From Escherichia coli (GTDB lineage Bacteria; Pseudomonadota; Gammaproteobacteria; Enterobacterales; Enterobacteriaceae), in assembly GCF_003334385.1 (NCBI RefSeq), contig NZ_QOWN01000016.1: a stretch of DNA of 64,000 nucleotides. The stretch is one strand, 5' to 3'. Below the pieces are notes generated by a model. The model made no database searches and was not told the origin of the DNA. It saw only the letters and a list, made by a program, of their open reading frames with translations. Each line of letters opens with the position of its first letter. Position 1 is the first letter of the stretch. The position numbers and the translations under genes were made by a program. Shown here piece after piece: positions 40,189 through 54,472 of the stretch.

Positions 40189-40199
40189 GAGCGCACGAC

Positions 40200-41267
40200 T
40201 TAATTGGTTGCCGGATATTCCTGAATGGTGACCTGCAGCGTTAACTGCTTATCATCACGCATCACTACTACAGGGATCACCGAACCAGGGCGAATTTCCG
40301 CCACCTGATCCATCGTCTCCAGAGCAGAGATGGCCGGTTTGTTATCCACCGAAATAATCAGATCGTTGACCTGAATACCCGCATTCGCCGCCGGGCCGTC
40401 AGGTGACACTTCATTAACCACGATCCCTTGCAGTTGATCTATACCACCGCCCTGCGCGTGCAGTGGTGCGATCTCACGTCCGCCGATACCAATGTAGCCG
40501 CGGATCACGCGACCATCGCGGATCAGCTTATCCATAATTTTGGTTGCTAACTGGAAAGGAATCGCAAAGCCGATACCTTCCGGCGTTTCGCCATCGTTAC
40601 TCTTATCAAACGACAGCGTATTAATGCCCATCAGTTCGCCCAGCGAGTTCACCAGCGCGCCGCCAGAGTTACCGTGGTTAATGGAAGCATCGGTTTGGAG
40701 GAAGTTTTGCCGCCCGGTCGGGTTCAGACCGATTCGACCCGTGGCACTAATAATCCCCTGGGTAATGGTCTGCCCGAGGTTGTACGGGTTACCGATCGCC
40801 AGTACTACGTCGCCAATGTGCGGTACGCGACGTGCATTAATTGGAATGGTAGGTAAACCGCCAGTGGCATTAATTTTAAGTACCGCCAGATCGGTTAGAG
40901 AGTCAGATCCCACCAGCAATGCTTCAAATACACGTCCATCCTGTAAGGCGACGATGATCTGATCGGCGTCGTTGATGACGTGTTTATTGGTGATGATATA
41001 ACCGTGTTGATCCATGATTACACCGGATCCCAGGGTGCGGATCTCAAGCTGGTTGTGAGAGTTGGTGTTCAAACCACGGTTGTAAACGTTAACCACCGCT
41101 GGCGCGGCGCGGCGAACCGCCAGATTATAGCTGGCAGGCGTCTCATCGGTACTGTCAAATTGCGGAGTGGAAAGCGGGTTAAGGCTGCGCAGCGAAGGCA
41201 TGGCAACCAGCAGAATAGCGCCGACAATTAATCCAATCGCAACGGAACGTAAGAGCTTCACAAACAT
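40200..41267 (-). CDS. degS: periplasmic serine endoprotease DegS
   Basis: 355 aa, N-terminal TM anchor, trypsin-like core with GNSGGAL, one PDZ. Confidence 0.93.
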   Translation of the reverse strand: MFVKLLRSVAIGLIVGAILLVAMPSLRSLNPLSTPQFDSTDETPASYNLAVRRAAPAVVNVYNRGLNTNSHNQLEIRTLGSGVIMDQHGYIITNKHVINDADQIIVALQDGRVFEALLVGSDSLTDLAVLKINATGGLPTIPINARRVPHIGDVVLAIGNPYNLGQTITQGIISATGRIGLNPTGRQNFLQTDASINHGNSGGALVNSLGELMGINTLSFDKSNDGETPEGIGFAIPFQLATKIMDKLIRDGRVIRGYIGIGGREIAPLHAQGGGIDQLQGIVVNEVSPDGPAANAGIQVNDLIISVDNKPAISALETMDQVAEIRPGSVIPVVVMRDDKQLTLQVTIQEYPATN

Positions 41268-41356
41268 GATGGAGGCGTCATTAAAAAAGGGAACGGCAGC
41301 AGCATACCACGAGTTAACCGGACATCACACGTAAGCCTGATGCCCGGTTTACGACA

Positions 41357-42724
41357 TTAACGCATCAGCAGATAGATGCTTTCATTGCCGCGTACAATTT
41401 GCAGGGCGATGATGGCCGGTTTTGCCGCCAGCACTTTACGCATTTCAGCAATCGAGTTCACCCGATCGCGGTTGACGCCAATGATCACATCGTCTTTTTG
41501 CAAGCCAGCCTGAGCAGCTGGGCTTCCTTTGACAACTTCATCGATTTTAATACCTTTGCCGCCATCTTTTAGCTGACCATCGCTCAACGTTGCACCTTCC
41601 AGCGCTGGCGTGATCATTTCAGCGCTGGCCGACGAAGAGGTGCTGGTATCGAGCGTCACTTCTACTTCCAGTGGTTTGCCGTTACGCAGCAGGCCAAGCT
41701 TCACTTTCGTGCCCGGCTCGGTGGTCGCGATACGAGAGCGCAACTCAGCAAAGCTATTCAGCGGTTTGCCGTTGAGGCTGGTAATAATATCGCCCGCTTT
41801 GACGCCCGCTTTTGCCGAGCCAGAACCTGGCAACACTTCGCTGACAAACGCGCCACGCTGCACGTCAAGGTTGAAGGCTTTGGCGATATCGGCACTCATC
41901 TCGGTGCCTTTGATGCCTAACAAACCGCGTTTGATTTCACCAAAGTCGATAAGCTGCTGCGCCAGTGTTCGCGCCATATTACTGGGGATGGCAAATCCAA
42001 TCCCGACGCTCCCGCCGCCAGGCGCAAGGATTGCAGTGTTGATGCCAATTAACTCACCGTTAAGGTTTAATAGTGCACCGCCGGAGTTACCGCGGTTAAT
42101 GGAAGCATCTGTCTGGATAAAGTTTTCCAGACCTTCAAGATTCAACCCGCTGCGGCCTAATGCGGAAACAATGCCAGAGGTGGCGGTTTGCCCAAGGCCA
42201 AATGGGTTACCGACCGCTACGGCAAAATCACCGACGCGCAATTTATCGGAGTCGGCAATAGCGATTTGCGTTAATTTGCTCGGGTTTTGAATTTGTAACA
42301 GGGCGATATCGCTCTGGTCATCGCTACCAATCAGTTTTGCATCAAACTCGCGCCCATCATTGAGCTGAATACTGATTTTCTGTGCCTGATTAATCACATG
42401 GTTGTTGGTCAGCACATAGCCTTTACTGGCGTTGATGATGACACCGGAGCCTAAACCTTCGAAGGGTTGTGCAGGTTGATCCGGTAAATCATCACCAAAA
42501 AACTTTTTGAATTCTTCCGGGATTTTCTGTCCCTGACTGGCCGTTCCTTCCACCCGTACGCTCACCACTGCCGGAAGCACTTTTTCCAGCATTGGAGCCA
42601 GACTGGGGAGAGGGGCCTGATCGGCAACCTGGCCTGGAATCGACGCGACGGCCTGAAATGACGCCGAGAGAGTTAACCCGACACTTAACGCTAATGCACT
42701 CAACAGCTGGGTTTGTTTTTTCAT
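41357..42724 (-). CDS. degQ: periplasmic serine endoprotease DegQ
   Basis: 455 aa from MKKQTQLLSALALSVGLTLSASFQAVA; GNSGGAL; two PDZ domains. Confidence 0.93.
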   Translation of the reverse strand: MKKQTQLLSALALSVGLTLSASFQAVASIPGQVADQAPLPSLAPMLEKVLPAVVSVRVEGTASQGQKIPEEFKKFFGDDLPDQPAQPFEGLGSGVIINASKGYVLTNNHVINQAQKISIQLNDGREFDAKLIGSDDQSDIALLQIQNPSKLTQIAIADSDKLRVGDFAVAVGNPFGLGQTATSGIVSALGRSGLNLEGLENFIQTDASINRGNSGGALLNLNGELIGINTAILAPGGGSVGIGFAIPSNMARTLAQQLIDFGEIKRGLLGIKGTEMSADIAKAFNLDVQRGAFVSEVLPGSGSAKAGVKAGDIITSLNGKPLNSFAELRSRIATTEPGTKVKLGLLRNGKPLEVEVTLDTSTSSSASAEMITPALEGATLSDGQLKDGGKGIKIDEVVKGSPAAQAGLQKDDVIIGVNRDRVNSIAEMRKVLAAKPAIIALQIVRGNESIYLLMR

Positions 42725-42877
42725 TATTCCTGCTCTCGTACCTGAATGATAAGAAAAGAGATTCAAAACAGTTTGATGTTATTGAATTTTCAGACGGCTA
42801 ACAATGAGACACCAGATTAAATGATAGTCGGGGAGGGAGAGAAGAGGAGGGCGCAATGGCTGCGCCCGAAAAATAAA

Positions 42878-43276
42878 TTAGTCGCGCTTCGCGCCAGTAC
42901 GCAGCAGGCCGGATGCGCCTTCAGAATAGTCGCGAGGCATCTGCACCGGTGCCTGATCGTTGCTGGCTTCAGACTCTGCCAGACGATTACGGAACGGGTT
43001 TGCTTCAGCAGACAGTTCCGGCAGCAGGCTGCTGGAGCTTTTTGCCATGTGCTGATACAGCTGGCGATAGTCGTGCGCCATGGTATCCAGTAATTCCGCG
43101 CTGCGGGCAAAGTGGCTAACCAGCTCTTCGCGATACTCGTCCAGTTCAGCTTTATTCTTTTCCAGTTCGTACTGCAACGCCTGTTGCTGGCGTAGTTTAC
43201 GATTACCAAAACGCATGGCCACAGCACCAATAATGATGCCGACGACTAACCCAATTAGCGCATATTCCCAGGTCAT
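42878..43276 (-). CDS. zapG: inner-membrane cell-division protein ZapG (YhcB)
   Basis: 132 aa from MTWEYALIGLVVGIIIG; N-terminal TM then coiled coil. Confidence 0.88.
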   Translation of the reverse strand: MTWEYALIGLVVGIIIGAVAMRFGNRKLRQQQALQYELEKNKAELDEYREELVSHFARSAELLDTMAHDYRQLYQHMAKSSSSLLPELSAEANPFRNRLAESEASNDQAPVQMPRDYSEGASGLLRTGAKRD

Positions 43277-43469
43277 GAACATCTCCCGTTGTCTTTTGTT
43301 TCCGTAGGGTGTTGGCTTCAGGCTCCATGCCTGCGGCTGATTATGCCACTATAACCGTTAATTCCACAGAAGTGGAATCCCGACTGCATATCGCGTAGTG
43401 TAGAACGGCCTTTTTTTCGTCAACCGTGAACAACGGCGCACCGATTATTCAAGGAATAACAATAAGATC

Positions 43470-44597
43470 ATGCAAAGCGTTACCCCAACATCGCAATACC
43501 TGAAGGCGCTTAATGAAGGCAGCCATCAACCCGACGACGTTCAAAAAGAGGCCGTCAGCCGCCTGGAAATTATTTATCAGGAACTCATCAATAGCACGCC
43601 ACCAGCCCCCAGGACGAGTGGGCTAATGGCGCGGGTCGGTAAGCTGTGGGGTAAACGCGAAGACATAAAGCATACGCCAGTGCGTGGCTTATATATGTGG
43701 GGCGGTGTAGGACGCGGGAAAACCTGGCTGATGGACCTTTTCTATCAAAGCCTGCCGGGAGAGCGGAAACAGCGCCTGCACTTTCACCGTTTTATGCTGC
43801 GGGTGCATGAAGAGCTAACTGCCTTACAGGGGCAGACCGATCCGCTGGAAATTATTGCCGATCGCTTTAAAGCCGAAACTGACGTGCTCTGTTTTGACGA
43901 ATTTTTTGTTTCTGATATTACCGATGCCATGCTACTTGGCGGTCTGATGAAAGCCCTGTTCGCTCGCGGTATTACCCTGGTAGCGACGTCAAATATTCCG
44001 CCGGATGAACTTTATCGAAATGGCCTGCAACGTGCGCGTTTTCTGCCTGCAATCGATGCCATTAAACAGCATTGTGATGTAATGAACGTGGACGCTGGTG
44101 TTGATTATCGTCTGCGTACACTCACTCAGGCGCATCTGTGGCTTTCGCCACTTCACGATGAAACCCGGGCGCAAATGGATAAACTATGGTTGGCGCTGGC
44201 GGGGGGGAAACGAGAAAATTCACCGACGTTAGAAATCAACCATCGGCCATTAGCAACAATGGGCGTCGAGAACCAGACGCTGGCGGTCTCTTTTACTACG
44301 CTGTGCGTCGACGCCCGCAGTCAGCATGACTATATTGCGCTCTCACGTCTCTTTCATACGGTCATGTTGTTTGATGTACCAGTTATGACGCGGTTGATGG
44401 AGAGCGAAGCGCGGCGCTTTATTGCGCTGGTGGATGAGTTTTACGAGCGCCATGTCAAATTAGTGGTGAGTGCAGAAGTGCCGCTGTATGAAATTTATCA
44501 GGGCGATCGGCTGAAGTTTGAGTTCCAGCGTTGCCTGTCACGTCTGCAAGAGATGCAAAGCGAAGAGTATCTGAAGCGCGAGCATTTGGCGGGTTAA
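43470..44597 (+). CDS. zapE: AAA-family ATPase ZapE (YhcM)
   Basis: 375 aa; Walker A GGVGRGKT; Walker B CFDEF. Confidence 0.9.
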   Translation: MQSVTPTSQYLKALNEGSHQPDDVQKEAVSRLEIIYQELINSTPPAPRTSGLMARVGKLWGKREDIKHTPVRGLYMWGGVGRGKTWLMDLFYQSLPGERKQRLHFHRFMLRVHEELTALQGQTDPLEIIADRFKAETDVLCFDEFFVSDITDAMLLGGLMKALFARGITLVATSNIPPDELYRNGLQRARFLPAIDAIKQHCDVMNVDAGVDYRLRTLTQAHLWLSPLHDETRAQMDKLWLALAGGKRENSPTLEINHRPLATMGVENQTLAVSFTTLCVDARSQHDYIALSRLFHTVMLFDVPVMTRLMESEARRFIALVDEFYERHVKLVVSAEVPLYEIYQGDRLKFEFQRCLSRLQEMQSEEYLKREHLAG

Positions 44598-44728
44598 AAC
44601 CTGTCACAAATCACAAAAAGGGGTCGATCTTTGACCCCGACTTCTCTATAATCCTGCGACCCCACGTTACAAGAAAGTTTTTTTCCCAAAACTTTTTGTG
44701 TGCTGGCATAGGCTATTCGAAGGGGTAG

Positions 44729-45244
<516 letters not shown>

Positions 45245-45256
45245 TCGGGATTATAG

Positions 45257-45652
<396 letters not shown>

Positions 45653-45684
45653 TTGGCTTCTGCTCCGGCAGAAAACAATTTTCG

Positions 45685-45711
45685 AAAAAACCCGCTTCGG
45701 CGGGTTTTTTT
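45685..45711 (+). terminator. rplM-rpsI operon terminator
   Basis: AAAAAACCCGC-TTCG-GCGGGTTTTTTT. Confidence 0.8.
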
Positions 45712-46046
45712 ATAGCTAAAATCTGAATCAGCGTAAAAACTGGAAAGTTGCTTTTTGCTGCCACCTGACAGACAGGTAAAACAAAAACCACATCGCCAAT
45801 AAGGGACTAAGTCAACTATTTCAGACTAAAGCGCATCTCTTTTTCCCCATTTCCGGCATCGACTCACCACAATGGTCGCAAAATCTGGTAAACTATCATC
45901 CAATTTTCTGCCCAAATGTCGGGTATTGCTCATTTTTTGTTTGATTTTCGAACAAAGAGAGTCGTTCCTTATTGGGTAACACAACTTCTGACTGGCCACC
46001 TGGTGGCTGGTAGCAGTAAAAATTCTGACTATACCTGGAGGTTTTC

Positions 46047-46685
46047 ATGGCTGTCGCTGCCAACAAACGTTCGGTAATGACGCTGTTTTCCGGTCCTACT
46101 GACATCTATAGCCATCAGGTCCGCATTGTGCTGGCTGAGAAAGGTGTAAGTTTCGAGATCGAACACGTGGAAAAGGACAATCCGCCTCAGGATCTGATTG
46201 ACCTCAACCCGAATCAGAGCGTTCCGACCCTGGTGGATCGTGAGCTGACCCTGTGGGAATCTCGCATCATTATGGAATATCTGGATGAGCGTTTCCCGCA
46301 TCCGCCACTGATGCCTGTTTACCCGGTAGCTCGCGGTGAAAGCCGTCTGTACATGCATCGCATCGAAAAAGACTGGTACACGCTGATGAACACCATCATC
46401 AACGGTTCAGCTTCTGAAGCAGATGCCGCACGTAAGCAACTGCGCGAAGAACTGCTGGCGATTGCGCCGGTCTTCGGTCAGAAGCCGTACTTCCTGAGCG
46501 ATGAGTTCAGCCTGGTCGATTGCTATCTTGCTCCGCTGCTGTGGCGTCTGCCGCAACTGGGCATCGAGTTCAGCGGCCCGGGTGCGAAAGAGCTGAAAGG
46601 CTATATGACCCGCGTCTTTGAGCGTGACTCTTTCCTTGCTTCTTTAACTGAAGCAGAACGTGAAATGCGTCTGGGCCGGAGTTAA
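46047..46685 (+). CDS. sspA: stringent starvation protein A (GST-like)
   Basis: 212 aa. Confidence 0.95.
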   Translation: MAVAANKRSVMTLFSGPTDIYSHQVRIVLAEKGVSFEIEHVEKDNPPQDLIDLNPNQSVPTLVDRELTLWESRIIMEYLDERFPHPPLMPVYPVARGESRLYMHRIEKDWYTLMNTIINGSASEADAARKQLREELLAIAPVFGQKPYFLSDEFSLVDCYLAPLLWRLPQLGIEFSGPGAKELKGYMTRVFERDSFLASLTEAEREMRLGRS

Positions 46686-46690
46686 TCTGT

Positions 46691-47188
46691 ATGGATTTGT
46701 CACAGCTAACACCACGTCGTCCCTATCTGCTGCGTGCATTCTATGAGTGGTTGCTGGATAACCAGCTCACGCCGCACCTGGTGGTGGATGTGACGCTCCC
46801 TGGCGTGCAGGTTCCTATGGAATATGCGCGTGACGGGCAAATCGTACTCAACATTGCGCCGCGTGCTGTCGGCAATCTGGAACTGGCGAATGATGAGGTG
46901 CGCTTTAACGCGCGCTTTGGTGGCATTCCGCGTCAGGTTTCTGTGCCGCTGGCTGCCGTGCTGGCTATCTACGCCCGTGAAAATGGCGCAGGCACGATGT
47001 TTGAGCCTGAAGCTGCCTACGATGAAGATACCAACATCATGAATGATGAAGAGGCATCGGCAGACAACGAAACCGTTATGTCGGTTATTGATGGCGACAA
47101 GCCAGATCACGATGATGACACTCATCCTGACGATGAACCTCCGCAGCCACCACGCGGTGGTCGACCGGCATTACGCGTTGTGAAGTAA
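46691..47188 (+). CDS. sspB: ClpXP adaptor SspB
   Basis: 165 aa, acidic tail ending ...GGRPALRVVK (ClpX-binding). Confidence 0.95.
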   Translation: MDLSQLTPRRPYLLRAFYEWLLDNQLTPHLVVDVTLPGVQVPMEYARDGQIVLNIAPRAVGNLELANDEVRFNARFGGIPRQVSVPLAAVLAIYARENGAGTMFEPEAAYDEDTNIMNDEEASADNETVMSVIDGDKPDHDDDTHPDDEPPQPPRGGRPALRVVK

Positions 47189-47191
47189 TAC

Positions 47192-47222
47192 AAAACAGGC
47201 CCAGGCGGCCTGTTTTGTCTTT
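47192..47222. terminator. bidirectional terminator between convergent sspB and dcuD
   Basis: AAAACAGGCC-CAGGC-GGCCTGTTTTGTCTTTTT. Confidence 0.8.
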
Positions 47223-47230
47223 TTAATGAC

Positions 47231-48598
47231 TTAATAAAATAGCGTGATTGTGGCAATCATATTCACCACGAAACCGACTGCCATGGGGATCGCTGTCCGC
47301 TTCACCACCGCAAAAGGCGAAACGCCTGCAATTCCTGACGTAACGACCACCACCGCAGTAATCGGCGAAACCGCGCGCGCTAGCGTCGTGGCAAAATGCA
47401 TCGGCATAATCATTACAACCGCTGGTACATGTAGTCCGGCTGCGATATTCGGAATAAGACTGGCAAATGACATAAACGGCGCATTGCCAGAGCCCATCAC
47501 AATGGCACAAATGGCAATGACCAGCGCCATAATAATCATCACGCCAATACCGCCCAGACCAGAATGCTCCGCCCCCCTGATAACCGCATCGACAGTGCCA
47601 ATCGTCGTTAAGCCTTTCGCAAATATTTCACCCGCGACCACCAGCGTTACCACGTTGGCAAACTGCGTACCCATGCCGTCAAAAAACGCCTGCACATCGT
47701 CCATTGTTTCGCGCAAGTTATGCTTGCGGAAGAACTCAACAAACATCGTCACAGTCAAACTCAGTAACATCACCACCACCAGATGCAGTTCTGACTGCAT
47801 CAGCCCGACGTGGGCGAGGAACAGCGAGCCGAGCATCAGGATTAACGGCATCACAGGTAAAATGGCGTAATAGAGCGGCGGGACATTATCGAGAGCTTTT
47901 TGCTCTGCCTGTTCGTGATTGATATTTTTATCTTTTTTGTCAAAAGCGCGTTGCACGAAAAAGTGGGAGATCGCCACCGAGATAATGACGCAAGAGGCGA
48001 CCGGAAGCTGGTAGTGGAAGAAGTATGTGGCAATTTTCATTCCCGCTACCTGGGCAGCAAAAATGGAGTTCGTTTCCAGAATCCCCCACTCAATGGACAT
48101 CGTGGTTGCGATAACTGCCACCGCAGAGAGACGACTTACTCCCAGACTCACCAGCGTCGGAAATAAGGTGACCATCAGCAACATACCCAGACCGGAGGCG
48201 CTGGTAATAAACTGCGCCATGATTTGGCCGATGACGTAAGTTGCCGACAGAATAATATACGGCGAGCGAATGAGTTTTAACGGGCGGCTTAACAAGCTCA
48301 CCATCGCGCGACTGGCCCCTATGCGCTCCATGTAGCGGGCATAACCGCCCACCGCCATAATCGACAGCCCCAATCCGGCAATGCGGTTGGACAGCATGCG
48401 CAGGATTTCATTATAAATATCGACGATCAAGTAGCCGCTGCTTTTGGTGGGATCGAGTACACCACCGAACCCTAACCAGACACCGCACATCATCAGGAAG
48501 ATACCTGCGGCAGCCAGCACCACCTGAGGTTTGTAGTTTTTCAGGATCAAATAGCCCATCGTAATTAATACGATGACAGATATAATTATGCCGAACAT
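47231..48598 (-). CDS. dcuD: DcuC-family anaerobic C4-dicarboxylate transporter
   Basis: 455 aa from [23 protein letters not shown]; polytopic. Confidence 0.88.
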
Positions 48599-48977
48599 TG
48601 TTGAACTCCGTGTCAAAAGAAAACGGTCAATCCCATAAACGGCAGATTGAAAACAACGATGTTATATTTTTTGCAAGGCTATTTATGGTGCGGATGTCGT
48701 GTTTTTAATTGTAGGTGAGGTGATTTTTCATTAAAAAATATGCGCTTATGATTATTTTGTAAGAACACATTCATAATATTCATAATGCTCGTGAATAGTC
48801 TTATAAATAATTCAAACGGGATGTTTTTATCTGCGTTACATTAATTTTTCGCAATAGTTAATTATTCCGTTAATTATGGTAATGATGAGGCACAAAGAGA
48901 AAACCCTGCCATTTTCCCCTACTTTCAATCCTGTGATAGGATGTCACTGATGATGTTAATCACACTGACCTTACAGA

Positions 48978-49769
48978 ATGGGCCTTATGAACGCATTTGA
49001 TTCGCAAACCGAAGATTCTTCACCTGCAATTGGTCGCAACTTGCGTAGCCGCCCGCTGGCGCGTAAAAAACTCTCCGAAATGGTGGAAGAAGAGCTGGAA
49101 CAGATGATCCGCCGTCGTGAATTTGGCGAAGGTGAACAATTACCGTCTGAACGCGAACTGATGGCGTTCTTTAACGTCGGGCGTCCTTCGGTGCGTGAAG
49201 CGCTGGCAGCGTTAAAACGCAAAGGTCTGGTGCAAATAAACAACGGCGAACGCGCTCGCGTCTCGCGTCCTTCTGCGGACACTATCATCGGTGAGCTTTC
49301 CGGCATGGCGAAAGATTTCCTTTCTCATCCCGGTGGGATTGCCCATTTCGAACAATTACGTCTGTTCTTTGAATCCAGTCTGGTGCGCTATGCGGCTGAA
49401 CATGCCACCGATGAGCAAATCGATTTGCTGGCAAAAGCACTGGAAATCAACAGTCAGTCGCTGGATAACAACGCGGCATTCATTCGTTCAGACGTTGATT
49501 TCCACCGCGTGCTGGCGGAGATCCCCGGTAACCCAATCTTCATGGCGATCCACGTTGCCCTGCTCGACTGGCTTATTGCCGCACGCCCAACGGTTACCGA
49601 TCAGGCACTGCACGAACATAACAACGTTAGTTATCAACAGCATATTGCGATCGTTGATGCGATCCGCCGTCATGATCCTGACGAAGCCGATCGTGCGTTG
49701 CAATCGCATCTCAACAGCGTCTCTGCTACCTGGCACGCTTTCGGTCAGACCACCAACAAAAAGAAATAA
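48978..49769 (+). CDS. nanR: GntR/FadR-family repressor NanR
   Basis: 263 aa, N-terminal winged HTH ([22 protein letters not shown]). Confidence 0.93.
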
Positions 49770-49832
49770 TGCCACTTTAGTGAAGCAGATCGCATTATAA
49801 GCTTTCTGTATGGGGTGTTGCTTAATTGATCT

Positions 49833-49855
49833 GGTATAACAGGTATAAAGGTATA
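49833..49855 (+). promoter_or_regulatory. NanR operator: three tandem GGTATA repeats in the nanA promoter
   Basis: CTGGTATAACAGGTATAAAGGTATATCG, 35 bp upstream of nanA start. Confidence 0.75.
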
Positions 49856-49890
49856 TCGTTTATCAGACAAGCATCACTTCAGAGGTATTT

Positions 49891-50784
49891 ATGGCAACGA
49901 ATTTACGTGGCGTAATGGCTGCACTCCTGACTCCTTTTGACCAACAACAAGCACTGGATAAAGCGAGTCTGCGTCGCCTGGTTCAGTTCAATATTCAGCA
50001 GGGCATCGACGGTTTATACGTGGGTGGTTCGACCGGCGAGGCCTTTGTACAAAGCCTTTCCGAGCGTGAACAGGTACTGGAAATCGTCGCCGAAGAGGCG
50101 AAAGGTAAGATTAAACTCATCGCCCACGTCGGTTGCGTCAGCACCGCCGAAAGCCAACAACTTGCGGCATCGGCTAAACGTTATGGCTTCGATGCCGTCT
50201 CCGCCGTCACGCCGTTCTACTATCCTTTCAGCTTTGAAGAACACTGCGATCACTATCGGGCAATTATTGATTCGGCGGATGGTTTGCCGATGGTGGTGTA
50301 CAACATTCCAGCCCTGAGTGGGGTAAAACTGACCCTGGATCAGATCAACACACTTGTTACATTGCCTGGCGTAGGTGCGCTGAAACAGACCTCTGGCGAT
50401 CTCTATCAGATGGAGCAGATCCGTCGTGAACATCCTGATCTTGTGCTCTATAACGGTTACGACGAAATCTTCGCCTCTGGTCTGCTGGCGGGCGCTGATG
50501 GTGGTATCGGCAGTACCTACAACATCATGGGCTGGCGCTATCAGGGGATCGTTAAGGCGCTGAAAGAAGGCGATATCCAGACCGCGCAGAAACTGCAAAC
50601 TGAATGCAATAAAGTCATTGATTTACTGATCAAAACGGGCGTATTCCGCGGCCTGAAAACTGTCCTCCATTATATGGATGTCGTTTCTGTGCCGCTGTGC
50701 CGCAAACCGTTTGGACCGGTAGATGAAAAATATCTGCCAGAACTGAAGGCGCTGGCCCAGCAGTTGATGCAAGAGCGCGGGTGA
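49891..50784 (+). CDS. nanA: N-acetylneuraminate lyase
   Basis: 297 aa, DHDPS/NAL family. Confidence 0.95.
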
Positions 50785-50787
50785 GTT

Positions 50788-50823
50788 GTTTCCCCTCGCT
50801 CGCCCCTACCGGGTGAGGGGAAA
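50788..50823. repeat. GC-rich palindromic intergenic element, second copy
   Basis: TTTCCCCTCGCTCGCCCCTACCGGGTGAGGGGAAA between nanA and nanT; related to 32934-32977. Confidence 0.5.
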
Positions 50824-50892
50824 TAAACGCATCTGTACCCTACAATTTTCATACCAAAGCGTGTGGGCATCGCCCACCGCGGGAGACTCACA

Positions 50893-52383
50893 ATGAGTAC
50901 TACAACCCAGAATATCCCGTGGTATCGCCATCTCAACCGTGCACAATGGCGCGCATTTTCCGCTGCCTGGTTGGGATATCTGCTTGACGGTTTTGATTTC
51001 GTTTTAATCGCCCTGGTACTCACCGAAGTACAAGGTGAATTCGGGCTGACGACGGTGCAGGCGGCAAGTCTGATCTCTGCAGCCTTTATCTCTCGCTGGT
51101 TCGGCGGCCTGATGCTCGGCGCTATGGGTGACCGCTACGGGCGTCGTCTGGCAATGGTCACCAGCATCGTTCTCTTCTCGGCCGGGACGCTGGCCTGCGG
51201 CTTTGCGCCAGGCTACATCACCATGTTTATCGCTCGTCTGGTCATCGGCATGGGGATGGCGGGTGAATACGGTTCCAGCGCCACCTATGTCATTGAAAGC
51301 TGGCCAAAACATCTGCGTAACAAAGCCAGTGGTTTTTTGATTTCAGGCTTCTCTGTGGGGGCCGTCGTTGCCGCTCAGGTCTATAGCCTGGTGGTTCCGG
51401 TCTGGGGCTGGCGTGCGCTGTTCTTTATCGGCATTTTGCCAATCATCTTTGCTCTCTGGCTGCGTAAAAACATCCCGGAAGCGGAAGACTGGAAAGAGAA
51501 ACACGCAGGTAAAGCACCAGTACGCACAATGGTGGATATTCTCTACCGTGGTGAACATCGCATTGCCAATATCGTAATGACACTGGCGGCGGCTACTGCG
51601 CTGTGGTTCTGCTTCGCCGGTAACCTGCAAAATGCCGCGATCGTCGCTGTTCTTGGGCTGTTATGCGCCGCAATCTTTATCAGCTTTATGGTGCAGAGTA
51701 CAGGCAAACGCTGGCCAACGGGCGTAATGCTGATGGTGGTCGTGTTGTTTGCTTTCCTCTACTCATGGCCGATTCAGGCGCTGCTGCCAACGTATCTGAA
51801 AACCGATCTGGCTTATAACCCGCATACTGTAGCCAATGTGCTGTTCTTTAGTGGCTTTGGCGCGGCGGTGGGATGCTGCGTAGGTGGCTTCCTCGGTGAC
51901 TGGCTGGGAACCCGCAAAGCGTACGTTTGTAGCCTGCTGGCCTCGCAGCTGCTGATTATTCCGGTATTTGCGATTGGCGGCGCAAACGTCTGGGTGCTCG
52001 GTCTGTTACTGTTCTTCCAGCAAATGCTTGGACAAGGGATCGCCGGGATCTTACCAAAACTGATTGGCGGTTATTTCGATACCGACCAGCGTGCAGCGGG
52101 CCTGGGCTTTACCTACAACGTTGGCGCATTGGGCGGTGCACTGGCCCCAATCATCGGCGCGTTGATCGCTCAACGTCTGGATCTGGGTACTGCGCTGGCA
52201 TCGCTCTCGTTCAGTCTGACGTTCGTGGTGATCCTGCTGATTGGGCTGGATATGCCTTCTCGCGTTCAGCGTTGGTTGCGCCCGGAAGCGTTGCGTACTC
52301 ATGACGCTATCGACGGTAAACCATTCAGCGGTGCCGTGCCGTTTGGCAGCGCCAAAAACGATTTAGTCAAAACCAAAAGTTAA
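50893..52383 (+). CDS. nanT: sialic acid MFS transporter
   Basis: 496 aa from [15 protein letters not shown]; MFS with central insertion. Confidence 0.93.
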
Positions 52384-52430
52384 TCCTGTTGCCCGGTCTA
52401 TGTACCGGGCCTTTCGCTAAGGGAAGATGT

Positions 52431-53116
52431 ATGTCGTTACTTGCACAACTGGATCAAAAAATCGCTGCTAACGGTGGCCTGATTGTCTCCTGCCAGCCGG
52501 TTCCGGACAGCCCGCTCGATAAACCCGAAATCGTCGCCGCCATGGCATTAGCGGCAGAACAGGCGGGCGCGGTTGCCATTCGCATTGAAGGTGTGGCAAA
52601 TCTGCAAGCCACGCGTGCGGTGGTGAGCGTGCCGATTATTGGAATTGTGAAACGCGATCTGGAGGATTCTCCGGTACGCATCACGGCCTATATTGAAGAT
52701 GTTGATGCGCTGGCGCAGGCGGGCGCGGACATTATCGCCATTGACGGCACCGACCGCCCGCGTCCGGTGCCTGTTGAAACGCTGCTGGCACGTATTCACC
52801 ATCACGGTTTACTGGCGATGACCGACTGCTCAACGCCGGAAGACGGCCTGGCATGCCAAAAGCTGGGAGCCGAAATTATTGGCACTACGCTTTCTGGCTA
52901 TACCACGCCTGAAACGCCAGAAGAGCCGGATCTGGCGCTGGTGAAAACGTTGAGCGACGCCGGATGTCGGGTGATTGCCGAAGGGCGTTACAACACGCCT
53001 GCTCAGGCGGCGGATGCGATGCGCCACGGCGCGTGGGCGGTGACGGTCGGTTCTGCAATCACGCGTCTTGAGCACATTTGTCAGTGGTACAACACAGCGA
53101 TGAAAAAGGCGGTGCT

Positions 53117-53120
<4 letters not shown>
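52431..53120 (+). CDS. nanE: N-acetylmannosamine-6-phosphate 2-epimerase
   Basis: 229 aa from [23 protein letters not shown]. Confidence 0.93.
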
Positions 53121-54453
<1,333 letters not shown>

Positions 54454-54472
54454 AACTTAGTTCGTTTTAAAG

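Noticed and set aside
41610-42290. 226-aa antisense ORF within degQ
   Set aside because: Antisense to a conserved protease gene; Pro/Ala/Ser-rich, no coding features
50014-50598. 194-aa antisense ORF within nanA
   Set aside because: Antisense to a conserved enzyme gene; no independent support
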